A stretch of 64,000 bases of DNA from an uncultured Acidobacteriota bacterium (GTDB lineage: Bacteria; Acidobacteriota; Thermoanaerobaculia; UBA5066; Gp7-AA6), in assembly GCA_963765835.1 (NCBI GenBank), contig CAVXYF010000007.1, positions 9,654 through 73,653 of the forward strand, in the 5' to 3' direction. The translations under genes were made by a program, and so were the position numbers. The notes below the pieces were generated by a model. The model worked only from the letters and a program-made list of their open reading frames with translations, was not told where the DNA came from and searched no databases. Positions 49,005-59,815 of the stretch are shown here, piece after piece (position 1 is the first letter of the stretch; the number at the start of each line of letters is the position of its first letter).

Positions 49005-49838
49005 ATGAGAGCCCCGACTTTCGCGGTCCTGCTTCTCGCGACGTCCCTTCCGCTCCTCGCGCAGACGCCGGTCGAGACGCGGCCTCAGATCCTGCGCAAG
49101 GTCGCCATCGAGCAACACCTCGACCGGCCGCTCCCGCTCGACCTGCCGTTCCGGGACGAGACGGGTCGCACGGTCCGCCTGCGCGACTACTTCGGGAAGC
49201 GACCAGTCGTGCTGGTCCTCGCCTACTACAACTGCCCGATGCTCTGCACCGAGGTCTTGAACGGCCTGACCTCCGCCATGCGGGTCCTCACCTTCGACGC
49301 CGGGCGCGAGTTCGAGGTGGTGACCGTCAGCTTCGATCCCCACGACACGCCGTCGGACGCGCGCGCCAAGAAGGAGCCCTACGTCGCCCGCTATGGCCGG
49401 CCGAACGCCGCGGCCGGGTGGCACTTCCTGACCGGTGAACAGGCGTCGATCGCGGGCCTCACGGAGTCGGTCGGTTTCCGCTACGCGTGGGACGAGAAGA
49501 TCGACCAGTTCGCGCACGCGAGCGCGATCTACGTGGCGACGCCGGAAGGCCGGCTCTCGCGCTACTTCTACGGGATCGAGTACGCCCCGCGGGACCTGCG
49601 CCTCGCGCTCGTCGAGGCCTCGCGCGGGAAGATCGGGACGCCCGTCGACCAACTCCTCCTCTACTGCTACCACTACGACCCGGCGGCCGGGCGATACGGC
49701 GCCGTGGTGATGAACATGGTGCGCGTCGCGGGCGTCGCCGCGGTTCTCCTCCTGTCGACCTTCCTGACGGTGATGTGGCGGCGCGACCGGCGGCGGGACG
49801 AACGCCGCGACGCCCACGCCGGAGTGGCCCGGCCGTGA
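49005..49838 (+). CDS. SCO1/SenC copper chaperone
   Basis: YYNCPMLC and QFAHAS. Confidence 0.92.
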   Translation: MRAPTFAVLLLATSLPLLAQTPVETRPQILRKVAIEQHLDRPLPLDLPFRDETGRTVRLRDYFGKRPVVLVLAYYNCPMLCTEVLNGLTSAMRVLTFDAGREFEVVTVSFDPHDTPSDARAKKEPYVARYGRPNAAAGWHFLTGEQASIAGLTESVGFRYAWDEKIDQFAHASAIYVATPEGRLSRYFYGIEYAPRDLRLALVEASRGKIGTPVDQLLLYCYHYDPAAGRYGAVVMNMVRVAGVAAVLLLSTFLTVMWRRDRRRDERRDAHAGVARP

Positions 49839-50923
49839 AGGAGGGCTTCCCGCTCTTCCCCCACGCGGCGTCGTCGATCGCGGGCCGAGTTGACGCGCTC
49901 TACTTCTACCTGATCGCGGTCTCCGTCTTCTTCTCGCTCCTGATCGCGCTCGCGATCCTCTACTTCGCCATCAAGTACCGGCGCCGATCCGAGACGGAGC
50001 TCCCCATCGGGGTCGAGGGCTCGCTGAAGCTCGAGATCGCGTGGTCCGTCATTCCGCTCCTGATCTCCATGACCTTCTTCGTCTGGGGGGCAGACATCTT
50101 CTTCGCCATGAACCGCCCGCCGAACGACGCACTGCAGATATCCGTAGTCGCGAAGCAGTGGATGTGGAAGTTCCAGCACTCCGACGGGCAGCGTGAGATC
50201 AACGAGCTCCACGTCCCCATCGGGCGGCCGGTGAGCCTGACCATGGCCTCCGAGGACGTCATCCACAGCTTCTACGTCCCGGCATTCCGGGTGAAGCGCG
50301 ACGTCCTGCCCGGCCGGTTCTCCACGATGTGGTTCGAGGCCACGAGGCCCGGCCGCTACCACCTCTTCTGCGCGGAGTACTGCGGCACGAAGCACTCCGG
50401 CATGATCGGGTGGCTGGAGGTGATGGACCCCGTCGCGTTCCAGGGGTGGCTGGCCGGCGGCTCCGGCAGCGAGTCGCTCGCCTCCGCCGGCGCGAAGCTC
50501 TTCGCGCAGCACGCCTGCAACACGTGCCACCGTCCCGACTCGCAGGCCCGCGGGCCGAACCTCGAAGGCCTCTTCGGAAAAACGGTGGCGCTCCAGGGGG
50601 GCGGCACGGCCGTCGCCGACGAGAACTACATCCGGGAGTCGATCGTGGCGCCGAATGCGAAGCTCGTCGAGGGATTCCAGCCGATCATGCCGACGTTCCA
50701 GGGGTTGATCAGCGAGGAGGGCCTCCTCCAGCTGGTCGCATACGTCAAGTCGCTTTCGAAGGTGGCGCCCCCGAGCGAGTCGCGGGGACAGGTCCCGAAG
50801 GGGCCTGCACCCGCATCAGTCCAGACAAAGTCGCGGGGACAGATCCCGCAAGGGTCTGCACCCGCTTCAGTCCAAGAAGCCGCTCCCCGCGAGGGACCGG
50901 CTTCCGGAAAGGCCACGAAGTGA
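49835..50923 (+). CDS. coxB: Cytochrome caa3 oxidase subunit II with fused cytochrome c
   Basis: DVIHSF and [12 protein letters not shown] CuA motifs; CNTCH heme site. Confidence 0.95.
   Translation: MKEGFPLFPHAASSIAGRVDALYFYLIAVSVFFSLLIALAILYFAIKYRRRSETELPIGVEGSLKLEIAWSVIPLLISMTFFVWGADIFFAMNRPPNDALQISVVAKQWMWKFQHSDGQREINELHVPIGRPVSLTMASEDVIHSFYVPAFRVKRDVLPGRFSTMWFEATRPGRYHLFCAEYCGTKHSGMIGWLEVMDPVAFQGWLAGGSGSESLASAGAKLFAQHACNTCHRPDSQARGPNLEGLFGKTVALQGGGTAVADENYIRESIVAPNAKLVEGFQPIMPTFQGLISEEGLLQLVAYVKSLSKVAPPSESRGQVPKGPAPASVQTKSRGQIPQGSAPASVQEAAPREGPASGKATK
50779..50874 (+). repeat. Two in-frame GGGGACAG hairpin repeats in the coxB 3' end
   Basis: 51-nt period, translated as [15 protein letters not shown] / [15 protein letters not shown]. 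Confidence 0.9.
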
Positions 50924-52563
50924 GCTCCCCCGCCGCCCTCCCCCCGCGGACGGACCAGCATCCGGAGCCGCGGGTCCACTACCTGAACGCGACCTACGGA
51001 CTGAAGTCGTGGTTGCTGACCCGCGACCACAAGCGGATCGCCCTCCTCTACCTGGCGTCCGTGACGTTCTTCTTCTTCCTGGGAGGCCTCTTCGCCCTGC
51101 TGATCCGGCTGGAGCTCCTGACGCCCGCGGGTGACCTCGTCCAGGCCGAGACCTACAACAAGCTCTTCACCATGCATGGCGTCACGATGGTGTTCTTCTT
51201 CCTCATCCCCTCGATTCCGGCGGTGCTCGGGAACTTTCTCATCCCAATGATGATCGGCGCGAAGGACCTCGCGTTCCCGCGGCTGAACCTGCTGTCCTGG
51301 TACATCTACGTGGTCGGCGGTATTTTCACGCTCTGGGCCGTCGTCCACGGAGGCGTGGACACGGGGTGGACCTTCTATACGCCCTACAGCACGGCGTCCT
51401 CGAACACGCACGTCATCGCCACCGCCGTCGGGATCTTCATCACCGGGTTCTCGTCGATCCTGACCGGCCTGAACTTCATCGTGACGATCCACACGATGCG
51501 CGCGCCCGGGCTGACGTGGTTCCGGCTGCCGCTCTTCGTCTGGTCGCACTACGCGACCAGCCTGATCATGGTGCTCGGGACGCCCGTGATCGCCGTGACC
51601 CTGCTCATGGTCGCGGTCGAGCGGCTCTTCCACCTCGGGATCTTCGACCCGGCGCTCGGGGGCGACCCGATCCTCTTCCAGCACCTCTTCTGGTTCTACT
51701 CGCACCCCGCCGTCTACATCATGGTGCTGCCGGCGATGGGAGTCGTGTCCGAGATCGTGACGACCTTCTCCCGGAAGAACATCTTCGGCTACCGGTTCGT
51801 GGCCTTCGCTTCGATCGCGATCGCGGTGCTCGGCTTCCTCGTCTGGGGCCACCACATGTTCGTCAGCGGCCAGTCGGTTTACGCCGGACTGATCTTCTCG
51901 GTCTTGTCGTTCCTGGTGGCGATCCCGTCGGCGGTGAAGGTCTTCAACTGGACCGCCACGATGTACAAGGGGTCCATTTCCTACCGGACCCCGATGCTCT
52001 ACGCCTTCGGGTTCATCGGTCTCTTCACGATCGGGGGGCTGACCGGTCTCTTCCTGGCGTCGCTCGGCATCGACGTCCACGTGCACGACACGTACTTCAT
52101 CGTCGCCCACTTCCACTACATCATGGTGGGCGGCGCCATCATGGGGTACCTCGGCGGGATCCACTACTGGTGGCCCAAGATCAGCGGGAGGATCTACCCC
52201 GAGGCGTGGGCGCGGTTCTCCGCGCTCATCATCTTCGTCGGATTCAACCTCACGTTCTTCCCGCAGTTCCTCCTCGGATATCTCGGGATGCCGCGGCGGT
52301 ACCACGCGTACCCCGACGAGTTCCAGGTGCTGAACGTGATGTCTACCGCGGGAGCGTCGATCCTCGGGGTCGGTTACGTGGTCCCGATGATCTATTTCAT
52401 CTGGTCGATGCGATACGGCAAGACCGCGTCCGCGAACCCCTGGGGCTCCACCGGCCTCGAGTGGGATACGCCGTCGCCGCCGCCCACCGAGAACTTCGCC
52501 GTGACGCCGGTCGTCACCGGCGACCCGTACCAGTACTCCTCGGAGGTCGAAGTCGTTGGCTGA
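50920..52563 (+). CDS. coxA: Cytochrome c oxidase subunit I, type A2
   Basis: [18 protein letters not shown] (YS motif), WGHHMF and AHFHY. Confidence 0.96.
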   Translation: MSSPAALPPRTDQHPEPRVHYLNATYGLKSWLLTRDHKRIALLYLASVTFFFFLGGLFALLIRLELLTPAGDLVQAETYNKLFTMHGVTMVFFFLIPSIPAVLGNFLIPMMIGAKDLAFPRLNLLSWYIYVVGGIFTLWAVVHGGVDTGWTFYTPYSTASSNTHVIATAVGIFITGFSSILTGLNFIVTIHTMRAPGLTWFRLPLFVWSHYATSLIMVLGTPVIAVTLLMVAVERLFHLGIFDPALGGDPILFQHLFWFYSHPAVYIMVLPAMGVVSEIVTTFSRKNIFGYRFVAFASIAIAVLGFLVWGHHMFVSGQSVYAGLIFSVLSFLVAIPSAVKVFNWTATMYKGSISYRTPMLYAFGFIGLFTIGGLTGLFLASLGIDVHVHDTYFIVAHFHYIMVGGAIMGYLGGIHYWWPKISGRIYPEAWARFSALIIFVGFNLTFFPQFLLGYLGMPRRYHAYPDEFQVLNVMSTAGASILGVGYVVPMIYFIWSMRYGKTASANPWGSTGLEWDTPSPPPTENFAVTPVVTGDPYQYSSEVEVVG

Positions 52564-53257
52564 GTCGACCGCCCGGACCTCCCCCTCAACCGCGGACGCG
52601 CACGGCGGCCACGCCCCGCCGCGCGCGCTCCAGCACCACTTCGACACGATGGACCAGCAGCGCGACGCGTCCTCGCTGGGGATGTGGGTCTTCCTCGTCA
52701 CCGAGATCCTCTTCTTCGGCGGGCTCTTCCTCGCCTACACGGTCTACCGGGCGCAGTACCCGCGCGCCTTCGCCGAGGCGAGCCGCCACCTCGACATCAC
52801 GCTCGGGACCCTGAACACCGCGGTCCTGATCATCTCGAGCCTCACCATGGCGCTCGCCGTGTGGTCCGCCTCGGTCGGCCGCCGCAAGGCTACGATCGTG
52901 CTCCTTCTGGTGACGATGGTGCTCGGGGCCGTCTTCCTCGGGGTGAAGGCGGTCGAGTATTCCCACAAGTTCCACGACCACCTCGTCCCGGGCGCCGGCT
53001 TCCAGTTCCCGGGCCCGAACGCCAGGCCGGCCGAGATCTTCTTCTCGCTTTACTTCACGATGACCGGGCTCCACGCGGCGCACATGATCATCGGGATCGG
53101 CCTGCTGACGGCCCTCGTCCTCCAGGCGCGCAAGGGCCGCTACGGTCCGGACTACTACACGCCGGTGGAGGTCACCGGCCTGTACTGGCACTTCGTCGAC
53201 ATCGTGTGGATCTTCCTCTTCCCGCTGCTCTACCTGATCGGGAGGCACCTGCATTGA
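52556..53257 (+). CDS. coxC: Cytochrome c oxidase subunit III
   Basis: [22 protein letters not shown] and [10 protein letters not shown]. Confidence 0.95.
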   Translation: MAESTARTSPSTADAHGGHAPPRALQHHFDTMDQQRDASSLGMWVFLVTEILFFGGLFLAYTVYRAQYPRAFAEASRHLDITLGTLNTAVLIISSLTMALAVWSASVGRRKATIVLLLVTMVLGAVFLGVKAVEYSHKFHDHLVPGAGFQFPGPNARPAEIFFSLYFTMTGLHAAHMIIGIGLLTALVLQARKGRYGPDYYTPVEVTGLYWHFVDIVWIFLFPLLYLIGRHLH

Positions 53258-53592
53258 CGGAACACGGGACACGGGACACGGGACACGAAGCCGCGCACAC
53301 CGGCGGAGCACACGTCGTTCCGCGGAAGGTCTACTACGCGGTGTTCACCGCGCTCCTGGTGCTGACCGCGGCGACCACCGCCATCTCCTTCGTCGACCTC
53401 GGACCCTGGAGCTCGGTCGTCGCGCTCGCAATCGCTTTCCTCAAGGCGACCCTCGTCGTTCTCTTCTTCATGCACGTCAAGTACGGCTCCCGCCTGACGC
53501 AGGTCGTGATCGCCGGCGGTCTGTTCTGGCTCGCGATCATGCTCGCGCTGACCCTCTCGGACTTCCTGTCCCGCGGCTGGCTGCGCCTGTGA
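53254..53592 (+). CDS. Cytochrome c oxidase subunit IV family
   Basis: KATLVVLFFMHVKY; TTG start overlaps the coxC stop; begins with an (ACACGGG)x3 tract. Confidence 0.9.
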   Translation: MTEHGTRDTGHEAAHTGGAHVVPRKVYYAVFTALLVLTAATTAISFVDLGPWSSVVALAIAFLKATLVVLFFMHVKYGSRLTQVVIAGGLFWLAIMLALTLSDFLSRGWLRL

Positions 53593-53594
53593 GA

Positions 53595-53680
53595 GTCACG
53601 GGGACAGGTCTAAGCACGTTACGGGGACAGGTCCTGAAGGGGCCTGCACCCGTCACCTCGTTGGCCTGCAGCCGTCACCT
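53595..53680. repeat. GGGGACAG hairpin repeat cluster after the respiratory operon
   Basis: Half copy, full copy and a trailing GGCCTGCA.CCGTCAC fragment. Confidence 0.85.
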
Positions 53681-53695
53681 TATTCAAACGACGCC

Positions 53696-56413
53696 TTGAC
53701 CGACCTGCCGCCGGAGCTCCGGAGCCTGTCGCGCTTCCGCGTCGTCCGCAGGCTCGGCGCCGGCGGAATGGGCGAGGTGTTCCTCGCCGAAGACACGGTC
53801 CTCAACCGAAAAGTCGCGTTGAAGCTCCTGCCGGCGGGACTCCTCTCGGACGTGGAGATCCGGCGCCGGTTCTCGCAGGAGGCGCGCACCGTCTCGGCCC
53901 TGAACCACCCGCAGATCGTGACGATCTACGACGTGGGCGCCGCGGAGGGCCGCGACTACATCGCCATGGAATTCGTGGACGGTGAAACGCTTCGGGAGCA
54001 GCTCACGAAGGGGGCCCTGGAGCCGCGGCGCGCATTCGACCTCGTCGCGCAGGCTGCCGGCGGGCTCGCCGCGGCCCACGAGAGCGGAATCGTTCACCGG
54101 GACGTGAAACCCGAGAACCTCATGATCAACCGGAACGGGCAGTTGAAGATCATGGACTTCGGGCTCGCCAAGCTCGTGGAGCGGCAGACCGCACCTCTCC
54201 TTCAGAGCGGCCTCGCGACGGTGGCCGAGACACCCCGACCCACCGCGCACGGCACGGCGACCGGCGTGATTCTCGGAACCGTTTCGTACATGTCGCCGGA
54301 GCAGGCCCAGGGGCTCCCGGTCGACCACCGCACGGACGTCTTCTCTCTCGGGCTCGTCCTCTACGAAACGCTGACTGGCAGTCGCCCCTTCTCCGGCAGG
54401 AGCGCGGTGGAGACGCTGCACGCGATCATCAACGAGGAGCCGGTCCCGGCGTCGGAGCGCAATCCGAAGGTACCCCGCGAAGCGAGCGAGATCCTCGCGA
54501 AGGCGCTTTCGAAGGACCCCGCCGAGCGCTACCAGCACGCCGCCGACTTCGCGCTCGACCTGCGTCGCGCGAAGCGAGCCTCGGAGTCGGGACTCTCCCA
54601 GGCGGGTGCCCGAGCCGTGGCGCTCCCCCGAGCCCGACCCCGACCACTCCCGTGGGTCGTCGGAGCGCTCGTCCTGGCGGGGCTCGTCGCGGGAGCGTGG
54701 TATCTCGGCCGCTCCGGCGCGCGGCCCGCAGGACCGAGCCTCGCCGACGTCACGCTCACCCAGCTGACCTCGGAGCCCGGGTACGAGGGCGAGCCGACGT
54801 TCTCGCCGGACGGCGAAACGATCGCCTACGTCTCCGACCGCACCGGCAACTTCGAGATCTTCCTGAAGCAGGTCTCGGGCGGGCCCGACTTGAACGTCAC
54901 CAACAGTCCCGCGGACGACGTGCAGCCCGCGTTTTCTCCGGATGGAAAGCAGATTGCCTTCGTTTCCACGCGCGAGAGCCGGACGCATCTCACCTACGAG
55001 AACTTCGGCGTTCCTCCGACCGGCGGCGACATCTGGGTGATGCCGGCGCTCGGCGGAAATCCCCGCCGGATCGCGGAACTGGGCAACTTCCCCTCCTGGT
55101 CCGCCGACGGCTCGTCGCTCGTTTTCACGGGCGGAGGCGCCTTCAACAAAGCGATCTACCGCGTGTCCGCGGACGGCGGAGAGACACGAGAGATTCCCGT
55201 CCGGGTCTCCACCGGGATGACGGGTCGGTTCCTTCTCTACCCATCGCTGTCTCCCGACGGAAGGTGGCTTCTCCTGCAGGCGAATCCGAACCAGGTCGTG
55301 GTCGTTCCGGGCGGAGGGGGCGAAGCAAAGTTCCTGGCCGCCGGGCGCCGCCCGGTCTGGGTTTCAGATGGACGGTCGATCGTGTACTCCACAGCCGAGC
55401 CCGGAAAAAATTCCTCGCTCTGGAGGCTGCCGTTCTCGACCGCGAAGGGCGCATCGGAAGGACAGGGGGAGCCTCTGACGGTCGGCATCTCTCCGAGTAC
55501 CCAGGCGACGATCTCCGGCGATCGGAAACAGATCGCGTTCACGGCGCTCGAGCAGACCTTCAACCTGGAAACGCTCCCGTTCGACGCGGAAGCCGGGCGC
55601 GTCACCGGCGAGGCGACCGAGCTCACCGCCGGTCGGAACGACATCCAGTGGAAGACGTTCTCTCCCGACGGCCGATCCGTCGCCTTCGGAAAGGGTGGAC
55701 GCATCTATCGGCTCGATCGAGGGCAGACGCCGTACCCGCTGACGACCGACCCGGCATTCAACGACGCTCAGCCACGCTGGTCGCCGGACAGCCGCTCGGT
55801 CGCCTTCGAGAGAGCTCCCGCGGCAGAGCCGGCAAAAATCGACGTCTGGCTGATGGCCGGTGACGGCGCCGGTCCCCGTCGACTGATCGAAAAGGCCCGC
55901 GCCGTGAGCTGGATGCCGGACAACCGCGGCATCGTCTACTGCTCGACCGTCGACAAATACCTCTACCTCTTCGACCTCGCAAGTCGTCGCTCGCGAAAGG
56001 TGACCGACGAGGCGACCATGGCGCCGCTCAACACGGTGAGCCCCGACGGCAAGTGGGTCGTCTACCAGTCAACGGCCGAGACCTCCCTCACCATCCGCGC
56101 CCGCCCGATCGACGGCGGGCAGAATCTCGTCGTCGCCGCGACGCCGGGCCAGATGGGCAGCGGTCATCCGATGCTCGCGCCCTCCGGGAACTGGTTCTAC
56201 TACCAGGTCGATCACAAGAACGTGTATCGGGTCCCGGGGCCGGTCCAGGGGTGGCGCAAGACCGAGCCCGTGAAGGTGACGTCCTTCCCGGAGTTCGGCC
56301 TCTTCATCGAGGACCCGCGACTTTCGCCGGACGGAAAGCAGCTCATCTACTCGCGCGGCCGAATCACCGGCGACCTCTGGCTGCTCAAGCTCGGTTCGAC
56401 CGCGAAGAAATAG
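53696..56413 (+). CDS. Hanks-type Ser/Thr protein kinase with TM segment and PD40 beta-propeller sensor
   Basis: LGAGGMGEV, VALK, HRDVKPEN, DFG and YMSPE; multiple SPDG repeats. Confidence 0.95.
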   Translation: MTDLPPELRSLSRFRVVRRLGAGGMGEVFLAEDTVLNRKVALKLLPAGLLSDVEIRRRFSQEARTVSALNHPQIVTIYDVGAAEGRDYIAMEFVDGETLREQLTKGALEPRRAFDLVAQAAGGLAAAHESGIVHRDVKPENLMINRNGQLKIMDFGLAKLVERQTAPLLQSGLATVAETPRPTAHGTATGVILGTVSYMSPEQAQGLPVDHRTDVFSLGLVLYETLTGSRPFSGRSAVETLHAIINEEPVPASERNPKVPREASEILAKALSKDPAERYQHAADFALDLRRAKRASESGLSQAGARAVALPRARPRPLPWVVGALVLAGLVAGAWYLGRSGARPAGPSLADVTLTQLTSEPGYEGEPTFSPDGETIAYVSDRTGNFEIFLKQVSGGPDLNVTNSPADDVQPAFSPDGKQIAFVSTRESRTHLTYENFGVPPTGGDIWVMPALGGNPRRIAELGNFPSWSADGSSLVFTGGGAFNKAIYRVSADGGETREIPVRVSTGMTGRFLLYPSLSPDGRWLLLQANPNQVVVVPGGGGEAKFLAAGRRPVWVSDGRSIVYSTAEPGKNSSLWRLPFSTAKGASEGQGEPLTVGISPSTQATISGDRKQIAFTALEQTFNLETLPFDAEAGRVTGEATELTAGRNDIQWKTFSPDGRSVAFGKGGRIYRLDRGQTPYPLTTDPAFNDAQPRWSPDSRSVAFERAPAAEPAKIDVWLMAGDGAGPRRLIEKARAVSWMPDNRGIVYCSTVDKYLYLFDLASRRSRKVTDEATMAPLNTVSPDGKWVVYQSTAETSLTIRARPIDGGQNLVVAATPGQMGSGHPMLAPSGNWFYYQVDHKNVYRVPGPVQGWRKTEPVKVTSFPEFGLFIEDPRLSPDGKQLIYSRGRITGDLWLLKLGSTAKK

Positions 56414-56416
56414 TTC

Positions 56417-57331
56417 TCAGGCTCCGGCGGCCGCATCCGTGCGGCTCCCGCGGGTCGCGAGGAAGACCCCGGTGAGAATGAGGGCCCCTCCCGCGAGCGT
56501 CCGCGCCGGGAGCCGCTCGTGGAGGACGAGAGCGCCGAGGACGACGGCGATGAGCGTATCGACCAGCGGGATCGTGCTCATGACGGAAATCGGCACGCGC
56601 TTGATCAACCAGAAGAGGCCGACGAAAGTGACGGACGTGCCGAGCACCGCCAGGTAGACGAGGGACCCGACAGCGCCGGGCGTCCAGAGCGACGGCCGTC
56701 CCCGCTCGACGAGCGCGGCGAGGGGTATGAGGAAAGCGGCCCCGACGAGCGTCTCCGCCCACACGTTGAAGATCGGGTCCACCCGGCCGAGGTGCTTCTT
56801 GACGAGGACGCTCGCCCAGGCGGAAACGATCGCCGCGGCGAAGACGAGGCCGCCCCCGCGGACCAAAGCGGAGAAGTCCGCCTGCAGCGCGCGCACGATC
56901 GCCATGCCCTCGATGAGGGCGACGCCCGCGAGACCGAGGCCCGCCGCCGCGAGCGTCCGCGCGGTGAGCGGCTCGTTCGGGAGGAGAAAGTGCGCGAAGA
57001 TCCCCGCGCAGATCGGAAACGTGGCGAACAGAAGGGCGGAGAGGCCGGACTCGATCCACTGTTGCGCCGTGAAGGTCAGGGCGTAAAAGAGGCCGATCTG
57101 CAGAAATCCCGCAAAGGCCATGTAACGGAGCTCGCGGCCGTCCGGTCGCGCGTTGCGGCTGCGGAACGCGAAGGGCACGAGCACCAGGCAAGCGAGAGCT
57201 ATGCGCCACGCCGCGAACCGGAACGGCGGGAGGTACTGGAGGCCGATCTTGATGGCGAGCCACGTCGAGCCCCAGATCGCGCAGAGGAAGATGTACACGA
57301 GAAGCGTGCGGCCCTTGAGCGGCGAAGGCAT
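56417..57331 (-). CDS. DMT/EamA family transporter
   Basis: IWGSTWLAIK..., two EamA repeats. Confidence 0.9.
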   Translation of the reverse strand: MPSPLKGRTLLVYIFLCAIWGSTWLAIKIGLQYLPPFRFAAWRIALACLVLVPFAFRSRNARPDGRELRYMAFAGFLQIGLFYALTFTAQQWIESGLSALLFATFPICAGIFAHFLLPNEPLTARTLAAAGLGLAGVALIEGMAIVRALQADFSALVRGGGLVFAAAIVSAWASVLVKKHLGRVDPIFNVWAETLVGAAFLIPLAALVERGRPSLWTPGAVGSLVYLAVLGTSVTFVGLFWLIKRVPISVMSTIPLVDTLIAVVLGALVLHERLPARTLAGGALILTGVFLATRGSRTDAAAGA

Positions 57332-57371
57332 GGCGCCAGATGCTAGACGAGTCGCGAAGTAAGATCGCGGG

Positions 57372-57869
57372 GTGCAGGAAGTCCGGATCGATCCGTCTCT
57401 TTCCAAGGCCGACCGTTACGAGGAGATGAGTCGGTCGCTCGCGTCCCTCCTCGAGGGAGAGCTCGACGCGCTCGCCAACCTCTCCAACGCGGCGGCCCTC
57501 CTCGCGCAGTCGCTCGACCGCATCAACTGGTGCGGCTTCTACCTCCTCCGGGGCTCCGAGCTCGTGCTGGGGCCCTTCCAGGGAAAACCGGCGTGCGTGC
57601 GGATCCCCCTGGGCCAGGGCGTGTGCGGCACGGCGGCCGCCGGCGGGATGACGCTGGTCGTCCCCGACGTCAGCCGGTTTCCGGGCCACATCGCGTGCGA
57701 CCCCGCGTCCCGCTCGGAGATCGTGGTCCCGATCGTGGAGGACGGCGTCCTGCGCGGCGTCCTCGACGTGGATGCGCCCGAGATGGCACGGTTCGACGAC
57801 GAAGACCGCGCCGGCCTCGAACGCTACGTCGCGGCTCTCATCCCACGGATCGACTGGCCGGGGCTCTGA
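57372..57869 (+). CDS. msrC: GAF-domain free methionine-(R)-sulfoxide reductase
   Basis: NWCGFYL, LGPFQGKPAC..I..GQGVCG and GHIACDPASRSEIVVP. Confidence 0.92.
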   Translation: MQEVRIDPSLSKADRYEEMSRSLASLLEGELDALANLSNAAALLAQSLDRINWCGFYLLRGSELVLGPFQGKPACVRIPLGQGVCGTAAAGGMTLVVPDVSRFPGHIACDPASRSEIVVPIVEDGVLRGVLDVDAPEMARFDDEDRAGLERYVAALIPRIDWPGL

Positions 57870-57870
57870 C

Positions 57871-58593
57871 GTGGCCGGCCGGAGCTTCGGCGGCAAGGTC
57901 ACGTGGCTCGGCCACGCGACGTTCCTCATTCAGTCCCCGAAACTGGTCCGCATCGCCCTCGACCCGTGGATCGGCAACAACCCGAAGTTCCCGAGGGGCT
58001 TCGACTGGGGGAAGGTCGACGTCGTCGCCGCCAGTCACGGCCACTTCGATCACTTCGGCGAAGATGGAATCGGGCTGCTGAAGAAGACGGGCGCGACGTT
58101 CATCGGCGTCTTCGAGCTCGCCCTGCACTGCGGGGCCAACGGGATCGCCAGGGTCTCCGGGATGAACAAGGGGGGCAGCCAGAAGATCGAGGGGGTGGAG
58201 TTCCGCATGGTCCAGGCGGTCCACTCCTCCGGGACGTCCGGCGCCGGAAAGGAAACGAACTTCCCGTCGGATCCGTGCGGGTACGTCCTGACGTTCGAAG
58301 ACGGCTTCCGCATCTACTTCGCGGGAGACACGACGGTCTTCGCCGACATGGCGTTGATCGGGGAGCTCTACGAGCCGGACCTCGCGATCCTGCCGATCGG
58401 CGACTTCTACACGATGGGGCCGCGCGAGGCGGCGAAGGCATGCCAGCTCTTAGACGTGCGGCGCGTGATCCCGATGCACTGGGGCACGTACCCGGCTCTG
58501 CCCGGAACGACCGGAGAGCTGCTCCGCGAGATCGACCGGCGGGGACTCGCGACCGAGGTCATCGAGCTCACGCCCGGCGGAACGTGGCCCTAG
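57871..58593 (+). CDS. Metallo-beta-lactamase-fold hydrolase (UPF0173)
   Basis: WLGHA, SHGHFDH, AVHSS, AGDT and IPMHW. Confidence 0.92.
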   Translation: MAGRSFGGKVTWLGHATFLIQSPKLVRIALDPWIGNNPKFPRGFDWGKVDVVAASHGHFDHFGEDGIGLLKKTGATFIGVFELALHCGANGIARVSGMNKGGSQKIEGVEFRMVQAVHSSGTSGAGKETNFPSDPCGYVLTFEDGFRIYFAGDTTVFADMALIGELYEPDLAILPIGDFYTMGPREAAKACQLLDVRRVIPMHWGTYPALPGTTGELLREIDRRGLATEVIELTPGGTWP

Positions 58594-58619
58594 GGCGCAC
58601 CCCTCGACAGGAGGTTTCC

Positions 58620-59018
58620 ATGCGAACGGTCTCCCGGCTCTTCGTTCTCGTCGCGGTCACGGCTCTCCTGGTTTCGTGCGTCTCCGTGGGAGGAGGAGGC
58701 TCCTGGGAGCTCCTCGGACGTAAGGACGTTTCCTTCCTCGTGGATCGCGACACGGTGGACGTCGGCCGGTCCCAGGGCGCATTCCGGGAGCTCAAGTTCG
58801 TCGTCGAGGGCGCGCCCGTCGAGATGTACGACGTTCGGGTCGTCTTCGGCGACGGAAGTGACTTCAGCCCGCAGATGCGGCTGCACTTTGCCCCGAACAG
58901 CGTGAGCCGCACGATCGACGTGCCGGGACGGCGCCGGATCATCCGGAAGATCGACTTCGTCTACCGCAAGACCTCGGGACTCTTCCGCCAGGCGACCGTC
59001 TCCGTTTACGGCCGCTGA
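58620..59018 (+). CDS. Lipoprotein, DUF2541-like
   Basis: Lipobox LVSC; WELLG.K.V.F..DRD, SRTIDVPG..R.I.KIDF.Y. Confidence 0.75.
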   Translation: MRTVSRLFVLVAVTALLVSCVSVGGGGSWELLGRKDVSFLVDRDTVDVGRSQGAFRELKFVVEGAPVEMYDVRVVFGDGSDFSPQMRLHFAPNSVSRTIDVPGRRRIIRKIDFVYRKTSGLFRQATVSVYGR

Positions 59019-59542
59019 CGCCGCAGATCAAGACCGCCCGTCTCGAACTCCGGCCGTGGCGGCCGGAAGACCTCGACCAACTCCACGCACTCTGGACCGA
59101 TCCCGAGGTGCGCCGGTTTCTCTGGGACGGTGAAGAGATCTCCCGCGAGAGAGCCGAGGCCGTGCTGGAGGGCGGGATCGCGTCGTTTGCGCGGAACGGC
59201 TTCGGCTTCTGGGGAGTCCTCGAAGCCGGAGAGAACGAGCTCATCGGCTTCTGTGGCCTGCGATCGATCGACGACGGCCCGGACGTCGAGATCCTCTACG
59301 GCATCCGCCCGCCGGTCTGGGGCCGCGGTTACGCGACCGAGGCGGCGCGCGCCGTCCTGGACTGGGCCTTCCGCGAAACTCCCCTCCCCCGCATCCATGC
59401 CGGGGCGGATCCTCCCAACGCCGCGTCCTTCCGCGTCATGGAAAAGCTCGGGATGCGGTTCGACCGAAATCGGCGGACCCCTGCGGGCGACACGCCGTAC
59501 TGGGTGATCGACCGAGAGACGTTCCAGAGGCCGGCTCAGTAA
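59015..59542 (+). CDS. GNAT (RimJ/RimL-type) N-acetyltransferase
   Basis: IKTARLELRP N-terminus, WGRGYATEAA and N.AS.RVMEKLGM; start inferred at CTG 59015. Confidence 0.85.
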   Translation: MTPQIKTARLELRPWRPEDLDQLHALWTDPEVRRFLWDGEEISRERAEAVLEGGIASFARNGFGFWGVLEAGENELIGFCGLRSIDDGPDVEILYGIRPPVWGRGYATEAARAVLDWAFRETPLPRIHAGADPPNAASFRVMEKLGMRFDRNRRTPAGDTPYWVIDRETFQRPAQ

Positions 59543-59563
59543 ATCTGTGCGGAGTCTTCAAGT

Positions 59564-59815
59564 CGCAGCGTGAGGAGTCTCCCGAAGGGAGGAGCCTCAC
59601 GCTGCGGGAGCGGGAGTGAGCGAGCGATCAGGCGTTCGGTCGAGGCCGTCCTGCCGAGCCGAACGCCGGTGGCGAAGCCAGATCGCAAGCGAGCGCAGAG
59701 CGACGGTCGCGCCGCGGGAGCGCGAGCGAGCGAGGACCAGGCGAGCGGTCGAGCCGGGTCTGGCGAGCCGCTCGCCGGTGCGTGAGCAGGTCCCGAGCGA
59801 GCGAGAGCGACGGTC
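59564..59815. other. Structured intergenic element: a hairpin plus two tandem ~105-nt branched units with compensatory changes
   Basis: Units 59604-59708 and 59714-59815 share linkers but differ in stem sequences that still pair. Confidence 0.75.
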
